From an uncultured virus (IMG/VR IMGVR_UViG_3300043571_000263) (Duplodnaviria > Heunggongvirae > Uroviricota > Caudoviricetes), in the IMG/VR virus record IMGVR_UViG_3300043571_000263: a stretch of 20,000 bases of DNA; one strand, 5' to 3'. The position numbers were made by a program, and so were the translations under genes. A model generated the notes under the pieces. The model worked only from the letters and a program-made list of their open reading frames with translations, searched no databases and was not told where the DNA came from. This document shows, piece after piece, positions 15,706-20,000 of this stretch (position 1 is the stretch's first letter; each line of letters starts with the position of its first letter).

Positions 15706-17019
15706 TTATTGTCCGTCATTAAGTATTTGAAGTTGTCTGAGTTTTTTGGCGCACCCCTCGACCATGAATTGGCTCATTCCTCCAGCAATGCATGGTATGT
15801 ATTGCTTCGCGTGGGTCTTTCCCCCGCAACGATCAATGCGTCCGACGGCTTGACCCATCTTGACTGGTTGATCTGTTGGAAATATGTAGCTCACTCTTGG
15901 TCTGGTTCCTGTGGTGTCGTGCAAACTGACGCTTGCTCCGCCAGCTCCAATGTTAGACAGCAGGATGTGGATTTCGTTCAATTGAAATTTTTCAATAAGT
16001 TCTTTTCGCTTTTTTGGGGACTGTCCGCCAAAGAATCCGTCTTTTGTTCCGAGGATGCTTCCCGCAAGTTCCCTGCTCTCCGTAAAGGAAAAGAAGGCGG
16101 CTACAGAGTTTCCGTTTTTTACGTCCTCTTGGATTTTTTTGCAGACATGTGGAACGAGGGCCATCTCTGAGGCTTTCCAAGCTTTCATCCTGTTTCCGCG
16201 TCGAACATTCATAATAACGTTTCTGTCGATACCTTGCGCCTGCATCCATCGAGCTTGCTTGTCAGCGTTTTCCCATTTTCTTTCGATCTCATAAAATTCC
16301 TCAACAATGAAGGGAAGGACTTCAATGGTTGTTCCTGCATACTCGTCTCCAAGGTCTGACTTTCTCATCCTGCACCCTCTTTGTGGAATGAGCCGCTTGT
16401 GAATTTCGACAAGTTTTTTTGTGTAGCTTTTGTCCCACCACCATCTGTCCTCGTTTTCGTTGTATCTGCATCCATTGCCATACATGAAGCGAATCCAATC
16501 CTCTCCGCCCTTATGAAGCCCTGTTATCCTTCCCGCGATTCGCAACTCAAGCGGAGAAAGGGCGAGTGTCGCACTGGCGCAGATTATTGGTATCTGTTGC
16601 TTTATTGCCCCGCCGATACAGGCTGTTGTTATGGAATCCATGTTGCGGGTTATCTGGGCCTCATCTGCGATGATGATGATGTCGCTTGGGTTGTTCCACT
16701 CAAAATACTTGTCCCCGAATTGCCCTATGCTTGGCCTCCAGTTGCCTCTGACCGCCTCATAAGAGCCAATGTGGTATGGTTCCGCCCCGAAGTGGGAAAA
16801 AGCCTTGCGCCAGCCCTCAACACCAACAACAGGACACAATACGGCAACCCTGCGCCCTGTCTCCAAAGCGGCGGCAAGATCGCAGTAGGTTTTGCCCATG
16901 CCAACATCGCTCATGTCAACAGCACCAGCATATCCCCATTCTCTTGCCCCGTTTTGCAGGGAGCGCAAAAGCTGAGACGCTGGAACTTGTTGATGATTAA
17001 GAAGCTTGGGGTTGAACAT
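15706..17019 (-). CDS. Superfamily 2 (SNF2-like) helicase/ATPase (437 aa)
   Basis: It has the Q-like motif LLNHQ, Walker A DVGMGKT, motif II IIIADEAQ, motif III SAT, motif V AGGASVSLH and motif VI QAVGRIDR. Confidence 0.88.
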   Translation of the reverse strand: MFNPKLLNHQQVPASQLLRSLQNGAREWGYAGAVDMSDVGMGKTYCDLAAALETGRRVAVLCPVVGVEGWRKAFSHFGAEPYHIGSYEAVRGNWRPSIGQFGDKYFEWNNPSDIIIIADEAQITRNMDSITTACIGGAIKQQIPIICASATLALSPLELRIAGRITGLHKGGEDWIRFMYGNGCRYNENEDRWWWDKSYTKKLVEIHKRLIPQRGCRMRKSDLGDEYAGTTIEVLPFIVEEFYEIERKWENADKQARWMQAQGIDRNVIMNVRRGNRMKAWKASEMALVPHVCKKIQEDVKNGNSVAAFFSFTESRELAGSILGTKDGFFGGQSPKKRKELIEKFQLNEIHILLSNIGAGGASVSLHDTTGTRPRVSYIFPTDQPVKMGQAVGRIDRCGGKTHAKQYIPCIAGGMSQFMVEGCAKKLRQLQILNDGQ

Positions 17020-17965
17020 TTTGCTTTCCCCAACGTTTTGCCGCCACGGATTTCATGTGGCTCCTTCTGCGCTCGCGTTCTTGTTCTGAGATGAATCGTT
17101 TCTTCTTCGTCTTTTTTGACGAGTTATTGCGTAATTTTGGAATCGCCTCGTTTTTCAAGACGACTTGTTCTAATTCCCTCGATTTCGATGGAATTAAAAT
17201 TCCGCCCTGAACCATTTTGTGCAGAGAGCCGTCTTTGCATCCGTGGACAACTACGGCATCCATTGACATAATGCGATCTGGACAGGTGACGTTTTGTATT
17301 TCTTGAGCGTCTGGATTTTCGGCAAAAAAGATAATTTTTTCGTCTTTCCACTGGTAATTCACGCTTTTCCAATATGCGCGAATCATGGGTGTGTCTCTGG
17401 CTATTTTTAGAAACTCCCAACGGCAATATACGTCCCAAGGCTCTGGGTTTACCCCTGAAGAGCGATAGGTCAAATTGTATGAATTTAGATTTCTGGCTAG
17501 TGGGCAATAATCCAAAAAGTTGTGCGGATAAACTGCGCTGCCAACGACTATGTTGTAAATTTTTTTGCCGCCAGTTGTAATGCCGCCAGCGTAAACGCAT
17601 CCAAGGATTGAGGGATTCTTGGAGTATTCGTCTTGAAGCGCGTCGCACCATCCCGCTTTGGTTGGAACGCAGTCTGGTTCCCAAAAATACCAAGGCTCGC
17701 CCTTGGAGTAACACTCAACCGCAGCGTCGATAAACATTTGGTTGGGGCCAAGGGGCCAACCGTTAAAGCCGTCTTGAGCAACGATTCGGTCAACATCCAC
17801 GAAGCACTCATTCAATATTTTCGATATACTGTCCACATGCTCTGTATTTGATGGACAGCAAATGGTGGCTTTGTGCCTGATGTTTGTCCCAAGAGCCTTA
17901 ATCGCTTTAGCTGACTCAATGGCAAGTTCGGCGTCTCCGTTGTGATATGCGAATACAATGTTCAT
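16997..17965 (-). CDS. Glycosyltransferase-like (GT-A fold-like) protein with a basic C-terminal tail (322 aa)
   Basis: It has a Rossmann-like start (MNIVFAY), GWPLGPN, an aromatic strand ending in an ExD motif (WYFWEPDCVP), GSAVYP, PWD and the C-terminal His motif VVVHGCKDGSL. The tail is Lys/Arg-rich. Confidence 0.5.
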   Translation of the reverse strand: MNIVFAYHNGDAELAIESAKAIKALGTNIRHKATICCPSNTEHVDSISKILNECFVDVDRIVAQDGFNGWPLGPNQMFIDAAVECYSKGEPWYFWEPDCVPTKAGWCDALQDEYSKNPSILGCVYAGGITTGGKKIYNIVVGSAVYPHNFLDYCPLARNLNSYNLTYRSSGVNPEPWDVYCRWEFLKIARDTPMIRAYWKSVNYQWKDEKIIFFAENPDAQEIQNVTCPDRIMSMDAVVVHGCKDGSLHKMVQGGILIPSKSRELEQVVLKNEAIPKLRNNSSKKTKKKRFISEQERERRRSHMKSVAAKRWGKQNVQPQAS

Positions 17966-18192
17966 TTCTTTTTTGTTTTCTTTGCGTTGTGATCGTTAAC
18001 GTATCTGGCAAAACTTTCGGCAAGATTTTTTGCCAAATCAAGCTCCGTGTCTGGGTCAAAGTAATACCCTCCGCGCTCTTGGTAAAGGTTTTCCATGGGC
18101 ATTGGAAGCCCCCTCCTGAATCTAGGGCCAATAGGATATGGCGACACAGAATCGGTTGATATGACCGTTAGGACAACTTTGAAGTTGGGCAT
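17962..18192 (-). CDS. Hypothetical protein (76 aa from MPNFK)
   Basis: It overlaps the downstream gene by ATGA. The ATG at 18192 is preferred over the non-ATG start at 18210. Confidence 0.6.
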   Translation of the reverse strand: MPNFKVVLTVISTDSVSPYPIGPRFRRGLPMPMENLYQERGGYYFDPDTELDLAKNLAESFARYVNDHNAKKTKKK

Positions 18193-18392
18193 TGTGGAAA
18201 CTCCGACCAATATTTGATTAGCTTTTCAAGAACGTGGCCAACGCCGCTCCATCCATAATGCGGGTCGTAATATGAGGCCGTGCGAAAAGGAGGATTGCAA
18301 TTTGCGTTTGCAATGAGGTAAACTCCTGCTACGTTTGGTTTTTCGGCATCGTAATCGCGCCAAACTACTGGTTCTGATATAAACTCATTCAT
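18168..18392 (-). CDS. Small phage protein, DUF551-like (74 aa)
   Basis: The pattern W......KP...G.YL.....Y......W........I.YW...P matches this family. Confidence 0.55.
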   Translation of the reverse strand: MNEFISEPVVWRDYDAEKPNVAGVYLIANANCNPPFRTASYYDPHYGWSGVGHVLEKLIKYWSEFPQCPTSKLS

Positions 18393-18395
18393 CTT

Positions 18396-18743
18396 ATGTC
18401 TTTGACAAGAAAAACTCCACTTCGTTCAAAAACTCCCTTAAAAAGGAGCGGCAGGTTGCGGGGAGCATCCCCAAAACGCGCAAAGCAATACCGCGAATAT
18501 GACAAGGTAAAGAATGCGTATCTTGCTCTCCATCCACAGTGCGAGCGTTGCAAAAACAAAAAAAGCACAGATATACATCATAAAGCTGGCAGGGTGGGTC
18601 AATGGCTGTGTAAATACGAATATTTTGCCGCCCTCTGCCGAGAGTGCCATGATTGGGTTCATACCAATGGCAAGGATGCCAGAAAGTTGGGCTGGATTAT
18701 TGATATAGTTCATGTTCTTCCAGATCGCGCTCAAGAGCCTTGA
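18396..18743 (+). CDS. HNH endonuclease with zinc finger (115 aa)
   Basis: It contains CERC...STDIHHKAGR...ALCRECHDWVH and a basic N-terminal repeat RKTPLRSKTPLKR. Confidence 0.85.
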   Translation: MSLTRKTPLRSKTPLKRSGRLRGASPKRAKQYREYDKVKNAYLALHPQCERCKNKKSTDIHHKAGRVGQWLCKYEYFAALCRECHDWVHTNGKDARKLGWIIDIVHVLPDRAQEP

Positions 18744-18987
18744 GCTTTTCTATCTCGTAGCCAAAATCAGGCTGTTCGGATTTTGTTAGCTCGCAATAAA
18801 TCTTGTTTTGTGGTGTGGTCGCTTTGCGCCAGTGGTCAACAAGGTTAATCCAGCTTGTCTCCATTGGTGCGTTCCATTCGTGGGCTGGCGGAAAATTCCA
18901 AGGATAGGGTCTTGGAACAACAGAGCACCCCATGGTAAACATTATCGCGCCTGTGATTAGGATTGCTGCTTGAAGTCGTAAAACCAT
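18697..18987 (-). CDS. Putative lipoprotein (96 aa from MVLRL)
   Basis: MVLRLQAAILITGAIMFTMG|C has a basic residue, a hydrophobic core and a lipobox-like Cys21. The mature N-terminus is Pro-rich. Confidence 0.55.
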   Translation of the reverse strand: MVLRLQAAILITGAIMFTMGCSVVPRPYPWNFPPAHEWNAPMETSWINLVDHWRKATTPQNKIYCELTKSEQPDFGYEIEKLKALERDLEEHELYQ

Positions 18988-19601
18988 AGTTCTTCCTCGC
19001 TTTCGCTTACCCATCTGCTGCCAGAGTGCTCACAGCTAAACTCTTGGCTAAATACCTTCCAGTCTGGCTTGGTGGGGAAATTCTTGGCAATAAATGAACC
19101 GCCATCCATCCACAGCACACGGTTATTGGGTTGGATAAAGTATTGTCCGTCACCCGCAAACACATGGCCGCATTTGTGGCCAGCCGCCATTTCGCCATAG
19201 CCTCCAGAATGTTGTGGCCCCAAACACCAGTCCAGAGTGAACATGTATTGGGCCTTTTCCAGAGATTTGTCTTTCAACATGATGTTTGCCGCACGATTCT
19301 TGCAGTAGTCCAAGATGTTGACCGAGCAGTAATAACTCATGGAGTCCCACAACTGAATCCAGTCCAAGGGATAAAATGTTCCCCCAGTTTCATCTGTATG
19401 GAGATATTGGATGGGAACTCTGGCGTGTTGGGAGCCATATTCGGTCATAACGCTAAACATTCCGCACCTTTGGGGTATTGAAGTGTAGGCAAAGACCTCT
19501 ACAACAACTCTTTCTCTTGTGACGTTTGGCTCTAGGTCGTAAAAGAAACCCGTGTCCAAATAGGCAAAGAAAAACGGAATGTTTACGTTAAGATAGTTCA
19601 T
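18957..19601 (-). CDS. Conserved hypothetical phage protein (214 aa)
   Basis: The motif series YLNVNIP...YD...SI...RVPI...QLWD..SY...YMFTLDW...HK..H...QPNNR is one I recognise from an unnamed family widespread in aquatic phages. It overlaps the upstream gene by ATGA. Confidence 0.75.
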   Translation of the reverse strand: MNYLNVNIPFFFAYLDTGFFYDLEPNVTRERVVVEVFAYTSIPQRCGMFSVMTEYGSQHARVPIQYLHTDETGGTFYPLDWIQLWDSMSYYCSVNILDYCKNRAANIMLKDKSLEKAQYMFTLDWCLGPQHSGGYGEMAAGHKCGHVFAGDGQYFIQPNNRVLWMDGGSFIAKNFPTKPDWKVFSQEFSCEHSGSRWVSESEEELWFYDFKQQS

Positions 19602-19969
19602 TGATTGGCGATTTTTTTCAGAAGCTTGGTTTGTTTCTCTAGCAATTCTGTTTGATATTGCATGTCGGTTCGCTGTCTGCTGGCATCAAGCTGTCGATAT
19701 GATTCTTCAAGCCTGCGCTGGGAATCGGCGTTCATCCGGTCAACAATCGCCCTTGTTTCATCCGATGTGCTCCTTGAGCGGGAAATTGTTGCCGTTCCGC
19801 TGTAGTAGTTCGGAGAGGTGTTGCCATAGCCAGTGGAGTAAGAATATCCGCTGTAATTGACGGTTTCTTGGGCATTGACGATGCCGCATGTGATCAACAA
19901 CGCAGCCGCCGTGGCTTTGATTTTTTGACCAAGCGAATAACGCGCATAGCGTTTTCCGTTTTTGGTCAC
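19598..19969 (-). CDS. Putative secreted/periplasmic protein (123 aa)
   Basis: The GTG start is preceded by AAGGAG. A signal-peptide-like KIKATAAALLITCGIVNA|QE is followed by a Y/S/G-rich segment and a coiled-coil. Confidence 0.6.
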   Translation of the reverse strand: MTKNGKRYARYSLGQKIKATAAALLITCGIVNAQETVNYSGYSYSTGYGNTSPNYYSGTATISRSRSTSDETRAIVDRMNADSQRRLEESYRQLDASRQRTDMQYQTELLEKQTKLLKKIANQ

Positions 19970-20000
19970 AATCTCCTTGTTGACAATGATTCCAGATCGT

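Noticed and set aside
15592..17094. 192 aa and 237 aa plus-strand ORFs
   Set aside because: They are antisense to a helicase with a complete motif set.
17124..17714. 196 aa same-strand alternative-frame ORF inside the GT-like gene
   Set aside because: It has a non-ATG start and an Arg/Ser-rich composition typical of off-frame translation. It has no lipobox, so it is not an embedded spanin.
1..20000. Stop-codon reassignment, inteins/introns, tRNA genes, integrase
   Set aside because: Genes tile the window under the standard code with TAA, TAG and TGA all used as stops. TerL and DnaB have normal lengths, and I recognised no cloverleaf or recombinase motifs by eye.

Overview
This 20 kb window is part of a tailed dsDNA phage (Caudoviricetes) genome or prophage. 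It is gene-dense and mostly on the minus strand. In transcription order (right to left) it holds: small accessory genes (a secreted protein, a conserved aquatic-phage protein, a lipoprotein, an inverted HNH endonuclease and a DUF551-like protein); a glycosyltransferase-like protein; an SF2/SNF2-type helicase; a DnaB helicase; an inverted pair (a double-HTH small-terminase candidate and a Cys-rich protein); the large terminase; a ~7 kb block of seven fibre/adhesin-like genes; the probable portal; a small protein; and a scaffold-like protein. A terminator and a new promoter then point out of the window, probably towards the capsid gene. Four features stand out. (i) A tail-fibre-like Thr/Asn-rich protein carries a classical Sec signal peptide. 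(ii) A duplicated 'LtfC-like adaptor + linker + fibre' cassette lies between terL and the portal. (iii) A motif TATAR(T)TAKAHT recurs in five intergenic gaps of the morphogenesis region, where leaders are very short and lack Shine-Dalgarno sites. (iv) The terS candidate and terL are divergent, only 29 bp apart. All family assignments come from motif recognition by eye; no database searches were run.
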